DNA of 64,000 nt from Camelus ferus (Eukaryota): assembly GCF_009834535.1 (NCBI RefSeq), contig NC_045697.1, positions 29,762,001-29,826,000 of the forward strand, given 5' to 3'. Of the stretch, positions 38,537-53,130 are shown in pieces; the stretch's first letter is position 1; each line of letters begins with the position of its first letter. Under the pieces are notes generated by a model. The model saw only the letters and a list, made by a program, of their open reading frames with translations. It did no database searches and was not told the DNA's origin. A program made the translations under genes and the position numbers.

Positions 38537-39069
38537 GTGTATACTGGTAGTGTATGTGGATTTCAGAAACTTTGCAGAGAGGGAGTTTCAGTGAGAAAAA
38601 GCCAGCTGTTTCACAAAGAGCCCGTTTTCCGTTCTCTCTCTGTCTGCTCAATGTGCTGAGTGAGATAACGCTTCTCAGCCTCTTTGGTTGCTTTGTGGTT
38701 CCTCTGCCTCACTTTGGTTCCCATCACGTCAGTCATGAAGGTGGAGTGGCTTGTCAGCACCACAGCCTTCTGAATGGAGCCACAGAATCAGCTTTATCTC
38801 CTCAGCTGCAGACTCTGCTGTGTGAATCTGGACTAGAAGGGCCCAGGGACTTACAGTTAAGAAGACACATGGCTATTTCTTAACATGGCCAGGAGATGTT
38901 TTCTCTGTGGCAAGAGAAGGACACAATGCCCTCTAGAGTTGCCACTCAATATACATGCGATTACAGTTCATGGACTGGATGAACCTTGAGACTTCTCTCA
39001 TCTATGGGAAAATATGCAAGGCCTGTGAAAATTCTGTAAAGCAAAATTTAAAATCGTGTCTACTTTTTT

Positions 39070-39570
39070 ATTTATTCCTTTGACACACATTTATTGAGCA
39101 TCTCTGACCTTACCTTCTGCTCTCTTGCTTTCTCCATTCCAGCCACACTGGCCCCGTTGTCCTTCTTAGAACAAAGCAGGCACCTTCCTGCCTTAAAGAA
39201 TCTGCTCTACCTGACCCTGGGCTGGGAACACTCTTACTGAGGTATCTACTTGGCTAACTAACTTCCTTCCCTCCTCCAGGTTGTACTCAGATCCCACCTT
39301 CTCAATGAGGCTTAACCTGACCACTCTATTCAACACTGCAAGCAGCTTCCCTTCCTGACCTTGCTCTACATTTTCTTTTCCTCGTGGTGCTTTTCAACTT
39401 TTAACATACCATGGACTTTATTACGCTGATCATTCACTGTTTGGGTTCTGGCTCTTGAATGTAAGTTTCATCAGGTCAGGAATTTTGTTTGGTTCACCAA
39501 GCATCCCAAGCACCTGCCCAGTACCCGGCACAAAAAAAGACACTTGATAAAATGTTTGTCGAACTGATAA
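39070..39570. mobile_element. L2 fragment(s)
   Basis: ccattccagccacactggcc...caccttctcaatgaggctt...gtacccggcacaaaa...cacttgataaaatgtttgtcgaa. Confidence 0.75.
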
Positions 39571-39670
39571 ACTGGGTACTGGAATAGTGGCAAACAATGC
39601 AAATGTGGCCACTGCTGTCACAGAGCTCACGGTTTACTGGAGGAGACTACCGATAAATGATTACAGAACA

Positions 39671-39787
39671 TTTTTTGGTGGGAGGAGGTGATTAGGCTTA
39701 TTTATTCTTAAAGGATTTACTGGATATTGAAGCTAGGACCTCATACAAGCCAAGCATGCACTCTACCACTTGAGCTATACCCTCCCC
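39671..39787 (-). mobile_element. Camelid Vic-1-type tRNA-derived SINE
   Basis: Reverse complement reads GGGGAGGGTATAGCTCAAGTGGTAGAGTGCATGCTT...AGGTCCTAGCTTCAATATCCAGT (A box and decayed B box); flanks acagaac / acagagaac. Confidence 0.8.
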
Positions 39788-40699
39788 ACAGAGAACTTCT
39801 TATTTAAGAGACAATCAGGACAGTTAGAATGGAAATACATGTTCTATAAGACAGTGTATGCAGGGCCCAACCTGTTGGGGGGCCGAGGTGGTTTGCCGAG
39901 GGAGCAACATTTGGCAGGAAACCAGGATGCTGAGTATAGTAACCCAACTGAAGAAAGGAGGGAGGGCAGTAGAAAGAACCATGAATCTGCTTGAATCCTA
40001 GATTTCAAGTAGTTTATAGTAGCCTAGGTCTTGTAACAACTGAGTATGTCTACCACAGCCTCATCTGGAGGTGCCTCTCTTTTCCGTCAAAGCAGTTATT
40101 CAATTAAGTTTCTAAACATCTGTAAACCATTTACTCCACCTCCAGTGTCAACATCTGAACCTCAACGTCAGGCCATTTCTCCTGCTACAGATGGATAGTC
40201 TTTGGTGAATAACATTCTGTATCTTCTGAACTTCTCCTTAATCACATGAAAACGCACATAAATAAATGTGTTTTTAAACCTCACAGATCAGTTCATTGAA
40301 CAAGTAAAGTTTAGATATGGTTGGCAATGAATCAAGGGTTTCAGAAATGTTGTCTCAGAAACAAAACCAAATAAAGGCTGAGGTAAAAGTGCTTCATACT
40401 GAGATGAAAGCCTCGGTCGATGAGATGAGTAATTCTTCAGGTATTCTTCCAAGTACTTGAAATAAAGTACCTTGCACAAGACGACTGAAAAAACTGTCTG
40501 TGGGGATTCAAAGGTCAAAGTTATAATAGTTAATCACTTGCTAGAGATCACCTGACTGCATAAGGCAGTTGTTTTAAATTTCTCAGAAGAACAATCATAT
40601 TTATAAGAAAGCACACAAGTATGGAATAATGAGTCAGTGGTAAATGCTGTGAAAAAGATTAGAAAAGCTCATAAGCACTAACAGGCCTTAAAAATTCAC

Positions 40700-41520
40700 T
40701 TGTTGGTAAGGATGTGGAGAAAGGGAAGCATTGTATACTGTTGGTGTGCATGAAAATTGGTGCAGCTACTATGGAAAATAGTGTGGAGTTTCCTCAAAAA
40801 TTAAAATTAAATATAGAACTAGTATATGATCTAAAAATCTCACGTCTAGGTATTTACACAAAGAAAACAAGAACACTTACTCAAAAAGATATGTGCACCC
40901 CCAAGGTCATTGAAGCATTATTTATAATAGCCAAGATGTGGACACAACGTAAGTGTCCATTGATGGATGAACACATAAAGAAGAGTGGTATATATTTATA
41001 CAATGGAATATTACTCAACCATAAAGAAGGAAATCCAATATAAGTTGACCTTGAGGGTGTTATGCTAAGTTAAACAGTCAGACAGACAAAGATAAATACT
41101 GTATGGTCTCACTTATATGTGGAAACTAAAAAAAAAAAAAAAAACCCAAAAATAAAAAAAGCCAAACTTACAGAGAACAGATGGGTGATTACCAGAGTTG
41201 AGGATAGAGAGCGGGCAAAATGGATGAAGAGGGTCAAAAGGTACAAACTGCCAGTTATAAAGTAAATAAGTCATGGGGATATAATGTGCAGCATGGTGAC
41301 TATAGTTAACAATACTATATTGTATATTTGAAAGTTACTAAAATCGTCTTAAAAGTTCTCATCACACACACGCACAATTGTAACTATGTGTGGTGATAGA
41401 AGTTAAGTAGACTTATTGTGTGATCATTTCACAATATATTCATATATCAAACCATTATGTTTTACATCTGGAACTAATATGATATATGTCAATTATATCT
41501 CAATAATAGTAAAAAAAAGA
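40700..41520 (+). mobile_element. L1MA-like element, end of ORF2 plus 3' UTR and A-tail
   Basis: ORF 40714..41043 resembles the L1 ORF2p C-terminus (QKDMCTPKVIEALFIIAKMWTQRKCPLMDE); L1MA 3' UTR gtgactatagttaacaatac. Confidence 0.9.
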
Positions 41521-41884
41521 ATAAGAAAAATTCACTTGTTAACTCACCTCTGGGAACTCAATCTTGGGACTGGAAGGAGGAGGAAAAATAACATTCTTTC
41601 TCGAACTATGTGTTTCTAGTTCAAAGATGACCCTCTGATCAAGCCACAGATGGTGCCTGAGAACCAGGCTTAATGCTTGCAGGAGGAACATGTGGGCTCC
41701 TTCATCATAGGACTATAGCTCCATTAATAATGCCTCTGAAGATTTAGTGTTCTCTTTGCTTTGTTTTTATTTTATATTGTTTTGGCTCAGTTGGCCAGAT
41801 TGTGGAATGGCATTAGTTCATTTGAGGATGGTGATGGTTGTGATCATTTCAAAGGAAGCTATAACTTTATCTCTGGATTTCCCT

Positions 41885-42250
41885 CTGTGTCAGTCAGGAA
41901 AACATAGGTTATGCTGCTGTAACAAAGAAGTGCACAATCTCTGTGGCTCAAAACAATTTTTCATGTAACATTACACGTCCATTTTGGGTTGGGCAGGAGG
42001 GATTGGCTAATCGTATCTAGGATCTCCTGCTGATGGAGTGGCCATCATCTCTAATACCGTGGGTCACCAGACCAGAGGAGAAAGAGACCTGGAGGGTTTT
42101 GCACTGGCAATTAATTGGTCATAACTCATTGTCCAAAACTAGTTACTAGACTCCACCCAATCCCAAGAGGAATAGGAAGTATAATCTTACCATATTCCTG
42201 GAAAGGAGGAAAACAAGAACTACTTGGCATACAGCTTTAATAGCTATCAT
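41885..42250 (-). mobile_element. Old MLT1-type MaLR LTR (a further fragment at about 42540-42730)
   Basis: tgtcagtcaggaaaacataggttatgctgctgtaacaaa...aatctctgtggctcaaaacaa. Confidence 0.65.
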
Positions 42251-43394
42251 GCCAATCATCCTTGACTTGGCCATTTATCATTGGGTTTAAAACCTTCTCT
42301 GAAGGAGATGGGAGTGCTTCTTTGCAAGGATCAAAAAGAACCTGGGAATTGCTGTCCTTCTGATCTTAAATGAGAAAGAATAAGTCTCTGCTGAGTCACA
42401 GAGGGAGAAACTGAAGGGGAAACACGAGTCCACATCCTGTTACACCCTTGTTACTTTTATTTCTGAGGAAGACTTGTGTTGTTGTTGTCACCCATCTTTT
42501 TCTTTAATACATACACTATGCCAATTTTAGCCAATTGCATCTGTCAGGCTAGACTTAGTTTTGTTGTGGTTATAAATAGTCCCCAAATCTCAGGTGTCCA
42601 CTGTAACAAATTTATTTTTTGTTCATGCTACATGTCCACCATAGGTAGACTCGGCTCACTTTAGTCACTCAGAGACCCAGGAACTCTGAGGCTGCATCAT
42701 CGCATATGTTTTCACATCAGCCTGCAGTTGGGAAGGGATACGGCAATTCACAAAACCACTGCCACCCTGGGTGCCTCCTTGGGCACCACCAGTGACTCCT
42801 GAGCCCCAGTCTGTGTGCTGAAGCATGGAGTGAGGTGAGTGGCTAGAAAGCAATAAGCCTGGCAATTAGTTTGATGTTTTAAGTAAAAAGATGCCCAGCT
42901 CATCAAAAACAAAATTAGAATTCAATATTACTTTTGCTATAGCTTTTTAGACCTTTTAAGCAATATCTGGTATAAACATTTGGAAAATATAAAAAAAAAT
43001 TCAGAAGAAAATAAACATTACCCACCCAGATATAAATACTGTCTTTAAAAAACTTCTCGTTCAAATGAAAATTTTTGGCCTATAAAAATAAATGAAAGAA
43101 ATCCCAGTGTACTTGCCATGCAGCTTCAGAACAAGTAAGCATTGTAACGGAGGTTGAAGCCACCCCTGCTGTGGCTTCCTTATCCTCTCCCTTTCCCCCA
43201 GGAGGTAACCAGTGTTCAGGATTTGGTGTTTATAAAATTCTCTACATGTCCTAATGTCTAGTACATATGAATATATTCATAAACATATATAGCATTGTTG
43301 TTCATGTTTTCAAATTTTATTTAAATGGCATCATACAATACTAATTTTTGGCAATTTGTATATTTTTTCTCTGAATATTGTGTTTTTCCAGGTT

Positions 43395-44007
43395 AAGACA
43401 TATGCATCCCAATGTTCATAGCAGCACTATTTGCAAGAGCCAATACATGGTAACAACCTAAACGTCCATCAACAGGTGACTGGATAAAGAAGATGTGGTA
43501 TGTATTTATAATGGAATATTACTTGGCCATAAAAAAAAGAATGAAATAATGCCATTTGCAGCAATCATGGATAGACCGAGAGATGATCATATTGAGTGAC
43601 GTAAGCCAGACAAAGACAAACATCATATGATATCACTTATATGTGGAATCTAAAAAAATGATATAAATTTTATTTACAAACCAAAAATGACTCACGGACA
43701 TAGACAACAAACTATGGTTACCAAAGGGGAAAGGGTGGGGAGGGATAAATTAGAGGTTGGGGATTAACAGATACACATTACTATATATAAAATAGATAAA
43801 CAACAAGGACCTACTGTATAGCATGGGGAACTATACTCAATTTCTTGTAACAACATATAATGTAAAATAATCTGAAAAGAAAAAATATATGTGTATGCAT
43901 ATGTATAACTGAATCACTTTGCTGTACACCTGAAACTGACATTATAAATCAACTACAGAACATTATAAATCAACTACATTTCAATAAAAAGAAAAAAAAA
44001 AGAGTAA
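43395..44007 (+). mobile_element. Younger L1 3' end with A-tail, nested in an old antisense L1ME-like element (about 43050-44560)
   Basis: catcccaatgttcatagcagcactatt...tggataaagaagatgtggta...aactgaatcactttgctgtacacctgaaact...tcaataaaaagaaaaaaaaaa; TSD core TCCAGGTT at 43387-43394 and 44008-44015. Confidence 0.9.
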
Positions 44008-45324
44008 TCCAGGTTGACACAAGTAGTTCATTCATTTAACTGCATAGAACAGCACTTCTCAAACTTTAGTGGCAAAAGACTCCCCAGAGGATCTTGTTAA
44101 AATACAGATTCTGGTTGAGTAAGTCTGGAGTTCTCAGGTGGAGTGAATGAGGCCGGTGAGGAGTCACATTTTTGGGGAACAAGGCTATATAGTATTCCCT
44201 CAAATGCACACAGCACAATTAATTCATCTAATCTGTTGATAGACTTTTACCTTGTTTGTAATTTTTTTTGCCATTACTAATAATGTTACAGTGAGCTTTT
44301 TTTTTTTTTTTTCATGTCTCTTGGCACACCTGTGCAAGAGTTCTCTAAGTTATACAGGGAGGAAAGCAATTGCTGGGTCACAGGGTTTGCAGCTGTTGGA
44401 TTTTATTAAGTACTGCTAAGTTGCTCTCCACGATGTAGTTCCCATCGATCACTACCAGCAGTTCAGAAGAATTCCTTTTGTTCCACATTCTTGCTGCATA
44501 TGGGATTGTCAGCAGTGAGTTTTTTCATATATTTATTGGACATTTGGCTTCTTTGGTCTTCTATCCAATCTTATGTGGTGGGTACTAATCTCAGTGCATA
44601 ACTCAAAAATACAGTTTCCTTCACTTTGCCAAAACACAACTTAATTTTAATGTGGAACTAGTATTTTGCTAGACTGGTAGAAAATGAATCTTTGTCAATT
44701 TAGAGTCTCTCATCACTTCTTCCCCTCCCAAGTTTAACCCAAAATTCCAGGAGGTTTATGAGTTCCAGGGAGTTGGGGGTAGACTCTGGTTCTTTCATCT
44801 CTGTGTTGACACTGAGATATTCCTCATTCCCTCAGCCGGGTCCTTCTGTGTCAACTCTGAGTGCAGCTGAACTGTTCTTCTTTCCATACTGGGTGAGGAA
44901 ATGTTTGCAAAAGCCTCTCTAAAGACCCAGGGGTCTAGATTCTCCAGGCAGCAATTTCCTCCCTGAGCTTTTTGGGGGTCTTCTCCCTAAGGAAAGTACA
45001 CTGCTTATCCAACAACCCCCTTCTGGAGCCCAGTGACACCCAGTCACTGTCTTCTCTCTTCTCTCTAGTCTCTGGTTTTATTCCTAACCCTGGGGAAACT
45101 CTTCTTTGTATTGAGGATGGGGTGGAGTGTCTTTCTCATCCCTTTTGTCTGCCCTGCCAGTCTTCACTGGTCCCCTAAGGGTGTACACTATTGGAAATCA
45201 AAGTCAGAAATACTTCTTTTGTTTTTCTTTCAGCTGGTCACATCCTTCCCCTGACGCAATGGGAAAAGAAAGTCATGGCTGCTTGAATGGAGGGAGGATG
45301 AGGCAAGGGGAGATTATGGCTGTA

Positions 45325-45950
45325 TGAAATGGCATAGCCAGCTAGAAAACTATTTGGCAGTTTCTCAAAAGGTTAAACATAGAGTTACCAAGTGACCCAG
45401 CAGTTCCTCTCCTGTGCATACATACAACAGAAATAAAAATATATGTCCATGCAAAAATAAAACTTCATAGCAGCATTATTTTTAACAGCCAAAAGTGAAA
45501 ATAACCCAAATGTAATCAGCTGATGGATGGATAAATAAAATACTTCATATCCATACAATGGAATATTATTTGGCAATAAAAATGAAAGGTATGCTGGTAC
45601 ATGTTACAGCATCAGTGAACCTTGGGAGCATTACACGAAGTGACAGAAGCTTGACATCTAAGACCACATGTTGTATGATCCCATTTATATAAATGTCCAG
45701 AATAGGCAAATCTATAGAGACATAAAGTATATTAGTGGTTGCCTAGGTCTGAGGGGAAAGGGGGGGGAGGAATAGGGAGCAATGGCTAATGGCTATGGGG
45801 TTCCCTTTAAAGGTGATGAATGTTCTAAAATTGACTGTGGGGGTGGTTACACAACTCTCTGAATATACTAAAAACCACTGAATTTTACACTTTAAAAGGG
45901 TGGATTGGGTGATATATGCTTTGTATCCCAATAAAGCTGCTAAAAAAGTG
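45325..45950 (+). mobile_element. L1MB-like 3' end
   Basis: ggcagtttctcaaaaggttaaacatagagttacc...aaatgtccagaataggcaaatctatagagac...gaatatactaaaaaccactgaatt...caataaagctg. Confidence 0.88.
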
Positions 45951-48769
45951 AGCCAATTGAAAAAATACTGGTTACTCCCCACCAAAGGATGTATTTTCCA
46001 ACTACATGCACATCAAATATATTACAGATATTTTAAAAATTGGAAGCAGATCATATATATAGGTCTTTCCCTCCCTACTTTGATTAAAGTACCATGGAGG
46101 ACACTGTGGAAATACAAAGATGGATAAGGCATGTCCCTTCCTTTGAGAAGCTTTCAATATGATTGTTTCCATCCGCTTGACTTCTAGCTGCTGTGGTCTG
46201 CAGGTGGTATCAATTATTCTTTTTACCTGTCCAAATTAACATCACAAACTTTAGTGAGTTGAGAGCAGCAGTTAAAATAATCAGGAGGATAGAAGGATTC
46301 TGTAAGAAGTCATACTAAAAAGATTTAACTTTTCAGTGAAGACAGATGTGGAGAAGGGCTAAGTTGGCTTGAACTGAAAGATACGCTCCAAATCTAGGGA
46401 TTCTCAACTTTGGAATTTTTGGAGAATCCCTGTTACAACCTATATTCATTAAGCCAGACTCTAGCGGGGAGACAGGCATAGATAGTTCTCTAAAATGTCC
46501 CACTTGATTTCAGTATACATGCTGGAAACTACTGGCTTAGATTCTTGAACCAAGAGATTTGTTGTGAATAAGGAAAGATGTTTCATTATAAAGGGGAGGA
46601 GCAGTTAATATGGGAAATGAATTACACATAAAAGAATATGTCTGGAAGGTTAGGCCATACTCAGTGTGACTTGCCTGGGTGAAGTGGTGATGTAAATATA
46701 AAAGGTGGTTCCCAACATCCTGTCTGGGATAAAGAACTGTCAGAAGGACATAAGAGTTTATAAAGCAAGAAATGGAACCTTGGGTTAGAGTCCAGAAGAG
46801 GCAATTATCAATCCATTAAATTGGAAGGCTAAGCCAAAAAAAAAAATGTGCTGAAGGATGTTAAAAGAGAATTGAAGAAGAGAGAAGTCAGATAAGTGGG
46901 AACTTCAGGAGTGAACTCCTTGAATGCTGAGTGCTGACTCTTTGTGGGTGACCCATTGTAGTTTGGCTGGGTCAAAGGTGGAAGTGTTACATGACTGAGC
47001 TAGGTTTCTGAGGACTTGTAGGCTATAAGTAAGGGTAATCAGAGAATTTTGGGGATCTAACAATACCTTGTGGGCTTAGATTATGAAGGGCAACCACACT
47101 ACTCCTTAAATAAATTGGGTTGAATGGATTGCCCGCTGGTCTAGCTCAGTGGTTCCAATGTTCTAATGTCTTACTTTCAATTTTCCATTTTTTAAAAAAA
47201 ATCGATTTGTCCAGAATGAGGAGAGAATTATGACTAGAAGTCTTTGTCCACCATATGATACAAGCAGGGACAAAGGTTTCTATGTTTGCTTAAGGCTCTA
47301 TGCCGAATAGGATGCACTTTAGACATCATGTTTTTTTTTTGCAAAGCATTATTCCTTTAGAAGCAATGGAATTAAATACAGAATGTCAAACTCCATATGA
47401 TTGTGGTCTTGGCATTGGAGTTTTAGTCTTGGCACTAGAAGCTGTTTCCTGGTACAGGAACCTGGAGGAACGCTTTCCTGTTATGTTTCAACTGTCCAAT
47501 TCATCTGTCTTCTCTTCCAAAGGATCCAGAGAAGCAGGCTAACCAGTTATGGGGAAACCCCACCCAGGTCTTTTGGACAGATAGGCAGAATTTCCCAAGA
47601 CAGATAGTCTGTCTGCAAAGCAGGGGCAGAGCATGCATGGGAAGAGTCCAAGAGAGTCTAATCACAGAGCTATGGAGGACTCTGGCATTCAGCTGGGAAG
47701 CCTCAAGGGCATTTGGTTTAGGATCAAGTCAGAATTTACTCAGCATCTCTGAAACAACCCTACACTGAATATCTGAAGCTGTCTTACAGGGGAGCCATTT
47801 GATAGTTTATTTCTTTCTTTGATTACATTTTAAAGTGCATTTTTACCCAAGTTCCAATTCCTTGTAGGATTTAGCCCTTGTACTTTGAAAAAGCCAGGGT
47901 ATTTGAGATTTTAAACCCATGTTCTGGGAAGGATAAGGAGTCCTAGAATTTTAGTTCTTCTAACAATGTCATAAGAGAAGATTGTAGTTTTTGCAAAAGA
48001 AAATGGGTTTTTGGTTGGTTTGATTTTGATAGAATAGATTGATGATTGATACTAAAGATGGAGAAATGGTTGAGATTTTGATATAAGAGACACTGGACTT
48101 GTGTTATTTGTTCTACTATCTCTTTGGCTACTGGTCAAATCTTTGAGCTGGAAAAACAAAGTTGTTGTTAAGGGTTAGAATTGTCTCAATTTTGTTGTTA
48201 CTTTTACATGTTGACACTGATTAAAGTAGTTGCACAGTCAGTTTATTTTCTTAAAGTCTGTTGCAGAAGTAACCAAAGTTCTGCAGATTTGTAAATAAAT
48301 TATATCTAACTGTACATAACCTGGGTTACATTCTTGGGTGAATCATATCAACATTGGCAGAACGTTTAAATAAACATTCTAGAGAAGGTTAAACAGAGGT
48401 TAAATAGTTTATTCTCCCCTTCATACCAAGTTTCTTAGAAGTGCGAATTCACCCTTAAAGTTTCTGTTTTACTCAAAAAAATTTCAAGAACAAAAAATTT
48501 CAAGATCAATCTTAGACAAAACTGTTAATATCTTTGATATGAAAGCATGTTAATCTTTCACTAATCATTCAATCTAAAGAGATCCTTTAAAAAAAATCAC
48601 TGCTCCCCATCCAATGTCACAATATAAAAAAATGTTTGCTAAAGAGATTTCTCACTATAACATCAACAGGAGTTTTAACTTTTAATAAAGTTTATGGGTG
48701 GAGTGGGCATTGGGGTAAAAGGGTTTAAATACATGAGTTAGAACATTGGAATTCCTTTGTGTTTCTAGT

Positions 48770-49150
48770 AAGGTCTAGCATCCCTATCTTCTTTCTATAA
48801 TAAACTTTATCCCTTTGAACACAGGAGTTGACACATGATCTCTTGGCCCCAGTGCTTGGTCCAAAATAGACATGTGATCCAATCTGGACCAATTTTAGTC
48901 CTTCCTTGAAAATTTTTAGCCTGGATTTGGAAATAAATAATTCTTTTTCCTCTTGAATCAGGGAACTTTGGGGATGTAAGTCCATTACCCTGGGCCACCA
49001 TATCCCTCTTTGCATGGAGAATGAGCTTTTGGAGCATGAGGGAATGAGAGCAATGGGCAAATAAAAGCAAAGGGAAACAGAAATGGATATGGTCATAGGA
49101 GAATTGTGAAAAATAGGAGACACTGAAGTTATTGAAGTCCAAATTGCTGC
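48770..49150. mobile_element. Old MLT1-like LTR fragment
   Basis: cttggccccagtgcttggtccaaaatagacatgtgatccaatctggaccaat. Confidence 0.5.
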
Positions 49151-50054
49151 TAAGTAAGAGTGTTAGGAATGCCAGGAAACTGTTGTGTTTATTATTCAGA
49201 TGCTACTGAAGATGCTTATTCATTAAATCAGTCAATGTACTCTTTGTAAGGGAATATATTTCCCACTCCTGTTCCCTTGTGGAGAAAGATCCCTACTTTC
49301 ACACTCTTGACCTCTCTTGCCACTTCTTACTCTTCCCCACGGCAAGGAGGGATCTGCCTGCCATCGAAGGGCCTCTGGTCTGGTCTAGTTCAGTGGGGAA
49401 GAAAAATAAGACGGATTCTTGGATAGATAGGATAGAAGGATGCCTAATTATAGAACAAAGCAAGAGAAGTAAAATGTTAATGTAGCATTTAGGTAGTGGA
49501 GTGTATGGGTATTAATTGTAAAATTCTTTCAATTCTGTTGTATGTTTGAAAGTTTTCAAAACAAAAATTTGGAGGAAAAAAAAAAAACCACCCAGGATGC
49601 ATTGTGATGTTGTAGCTTGACACAGGCATTTGATATAAATTGAGAAGCAGACAGAGAATATGTTCCTTAAAAAGAGCCTGGCATCAGATATTAAGTTTTA
49701 CAGATCACATTACAACCAAGGGTAAGTCTAGCTGTACAGCTTCAAAAAGTGGCCAAACAGGTCATACTAGTGATTGTCCAGGGGCAGTGATTCTTCACTT
49801 GTGAAGGCTCTTGCTTTATTCACTGGCAGGAATTTTGAAATGCTACTCTCCTTACCAGAAGGCAAAGTAATGGAAACTGGATATTTGGGTAGTAGATGGG
49901 AGGAAGAGGGGTGGTTTAGGGGAAAGACATTTTGTAACTTAACTGAGATAATGCTTGTAAAATGCTTAACATAATGCCTGAATAAGTTCTCAGAAAATGT
50001 TAGCTGTAATTATAGTTAGCTCCTTATCGAAAAAGAAAATCATATATAGATGTA

Positions 50055-50497
50055 ACATTGGAGTGGGTTGAATTGTGTCCCCCCAGAAAATACGTCCAAA
50101 TCCTAACCTCTAGTACTTGTGAATATGACCGTATTTGGAAATAGATTCTTCGCAGGTGCAATTAAGTCTTGGTGAGAGCATGCTGGATTTAGGGTGGGTC
50201 TTAAATTCAACAACAGGTGTTCATAGAAGAGAAAAGAGAGAGACACACAGGGAAGAAGGGCATGTGAAGACGGAGGTAGAGGCAGGAGTTAATGCTGCCA
50301 CAAGCCAAGGAACGTCAGGAACCCCTAAAAATGAAGAGGCAAGGAAGGATTCTCCCCTAGACCATCAGAGGGAGAGTGGCCCTCCTGATACCTTGATTTT
50401 GGATTTCTGGCCTCCAGAATTGTGAAAGAAGAAGTTCCTATTGTTTTAAGGCCCCACATTTGTGGTAATTGGTTACAGCAGCCCTAGGAAACCAGTG
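50055..50497 (+). mobile_element. MLT1B/C-like MaLR solo LTR
   Basis: gggttgaattgtgtcccccc...tgtgaatatgaccgtatttggaaatag...catgtgaagacggaggtagag...ttctggcctccagaattgtga...ttacagcagccctaggaaac. Confidence 0.88.
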
Positions 50498-51164
50498 TAA
50501 ATGTTCAACCAAGAAAAAGGATATGACAAGGTACTATGTGGTTTGTTACAGCTGAACAATACAGAATAGACTGAGTACCTGGGAGACACGTATTAGAATC
50601 ACCTGGAGAGGGTGTCGAGCGCCTCCTCTCCAAGGAGGGGAGAGGAGTACCAGGAAGGGAGCAGGTTCTGCTTGAAAAATCACCACCTTGTTGTTGAGAG
50701 TCCATGGGGCCCTAGGGGGCTGGCTCTGAATAAAAGTAGGAGAACCAGCAGTATAAATAATAATTGTGGTATATCAGATGGAGAGCAGATAATTACCACC
50801 TTAAAGACATGCAGCTCTGTATTCTGTTGCCTAGGCAATGGAAGCAAGGGAAAATAAATGATCTGTATTTAACCATTTGCATTAGAATAAAAACGTTAAG
50901 ATATTGGCTCTAGTTCTAATTCTCAAGGTCTATCAGTGCCCCCTGAGAGAAATGGCTTGGTCATTTTTACAATTATGTTGTTTATGGGACTTGAGAAAAA
51001 TGCCTATATGATGTCTAAGGCAGAACAAATGCCAGTCTTTGAGCTCTTGATCTGATTCCCCAAGTGCTTCTCCGTTTCTCACTCTTATTCATCCGTGAGC
51101 ATCATAGGTTTCAGCCTTCCTCAACTACTTTCTTTTTTAAAATAAAATATTAAGAAAATAGAAC

Positions 51165-51270
51165 ATGAAATGAATATGAAAGGAATATATATGTATAACT
51201 GAATCACTATGCTGTACACCAGAAATTAACACAACATTGTAAACCAACTGTACTTCAATTAAAAAAAAAA
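51165..51270 (+). mobile_element. Short L1 3' tail (about 105 bp)
   Basis: tatgtataactgaatcactatgctgtacaccagaaattaacacaacattgtaaaccaactgtacttcaattaaaaaaaaaa; imperfect TSD aaaatagaaca / aaaatagtaaca. Confidence 0.8.
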
Positions 51271-52904
51271 TAGTAACACAAGGAATCCATATGCATTGCA
51301 AAACATTTAGAAGATACAGAGAAGTCAAATGGAAACAAACTTTAAACGGTTCACAATCATGTCAAAGATTGTCATTGTTAACACAGTGGTGCATATCCTC
51401 ACTGATTTTTTTTTCCATGCAAGTGTAAATATGTAGTTATAAGAATTTGATCGTAATATACACACCATTTGGAAACTTGCTTTTCTCCCCTTTAACTATA
51501 TATTACAAGTATTGGATATGTTGGTAAGCTTAGAACTAACTCAGTTATTTTTAATGGCTATGTATTGTTCCATTTTAATGACTTTTAATGATTTACTTAA
51601 TAAGCCCTCATTGTTGGGTATGTTGCTGTAATTATTCACTAGTGTAAGCAATGCTGAAGTGAACATTCTTTATATATTGAGTGCACATCCAGTGATTTCC
51701 TTAAATTGATACATGGAGCCAAAATGCCCTCAAGAGTGTTTATATTGCTTTACTCTCCCACCAGCAGTGTTTGTGAATGCCTGTACCTCTACAATCTCGC
51801 AAATGTAATTATCAACCTATTTAATGTTTGTCAACCTGTTAGGACAAATAGAATTTTGTTATAATTTGTATTTCCACGATTATTAATGATTTCTAAGACG
51901 CCATGACACTTGTTCCACCACTCAGTGTAAAAGGCACTGCTTATTTTTCTGTACTCAGCCTATTTTCTCAGCCTTTAAGTCCTCATTCCACTGGGGCAAT
52001 GGGAACTTAATCTCAGCCCCAAGTATTTTTCCTAGGATCACAACTAAGTTCCAGGGGACTAGGTGTGAAGGCGCTGGGTGTGAGTATTGGTGTGTGTTTT
52101 GGGGGATCCAATTGACTGACGAGGCCACTTTTCCCACACTAGTGTCTACTGGAATGAGATGGCTGTCTATCCACTTGGTCTTTGGTCATTGGTCCCTTCA
52201 GAATAGAGAACAAGAGATGTCAAGATGCCCCTTATTCCTGATGAGGAGGAGCTTTCAGTTCTGAGAGCCCGCTTTGCCATTTCTGAGGCTCCCTTTGGAT
52301 GGGGCATAGCATCGTTCTGCTGCCCTGTGACAGGCTGGCACTTGAGAGGGGTTGGGAGGCTGGCAGAGGCTCCCTCTGCCTAGGCACACCACTACTTCCT
52401 TGAGGCCGTCAGTATGAAACACTGAGCTGTTGAAATGCAGGAAAGAGTGAAGGGAGAATGTAAATATCAATTTAAAAGCATCTGCTAATACTTCAGAGTA
52501 TTATGCTACCAATCGGCCAATAGTCCTTTTGTGAAATGCCTCTTCCTGGTCTTTGCTTATGCCAGCTACTTTCAGTTTTCCCGAAGCACCATACTCTCTT
52601 GTATACACCTCTTCCAAATGTCTTCGCGCATCCTTTTTCTTCAGGCTAACCCCTGTTTCAATTCTATGTATTGATCTTCCTATTCCCCTCTAAGATAACG
52701 TATATTATGCTCTCTGTAATTGCATATCTGTTTGTTTGTGGGCAGTGTAGGCAATAAAACCACCTAAAACAATTACCTTTCTTGTTGAAATTCTATATTA
52801 CTTGAAGGAAAGGACTGTGTCATAGGCTTTTTCATTCTGATCATATTCTAAAACAGATTTAGAAATACAGAAATAGTTTAAACACTTACCTAAAATGAGG
52901 ATAA

Positions 52905-53130
52905 ATAAGCTGTAGTGGTTTAAGCCGCAGGCTGTAGAATCAGAGAGAATTGGGTGAAGCTGGAATTTGTGATTTTCCAGCTATATGACTTTGGGCAAGT
53001 CATTGATCGTCCTGAACCTCAGTTCTTCCATCTGTAAAATGAGAAGCATTATAGCAACTTGACAGGGAATTGCTATAAAATACAGTGCCTGACACTTAGT
53101 AAGCAAATAACAAACATAGCTGATTATTAC
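52905..53130. mobile_element. MIR SINE
   Basis: gctatatgactttgggcaagtca...cctgaacctcagttcttccatctgtaaaatgag...cagtgcctgacacttagtaagc. Confidence 0.8.

Noticed and set aside
39720..39787. tRNA-like sequences (also 60795-60872)
   Set aside because: tRNA-derived SINE heads with A/T-rich tails and TSDs; no intact cloverleaf
43939..43978. Tandem duplication ACATTATAAATCAACTACA x2
   Set aside because: Local slippage within an L1 3' UTR; no functional implication evident
46180..47900. Stretches that look like very old LTR-type (Gypsy/ERVL-like) sequence
   Set aside because: Could not define termini, TSDs or a family by eye; needs a Dfam scan
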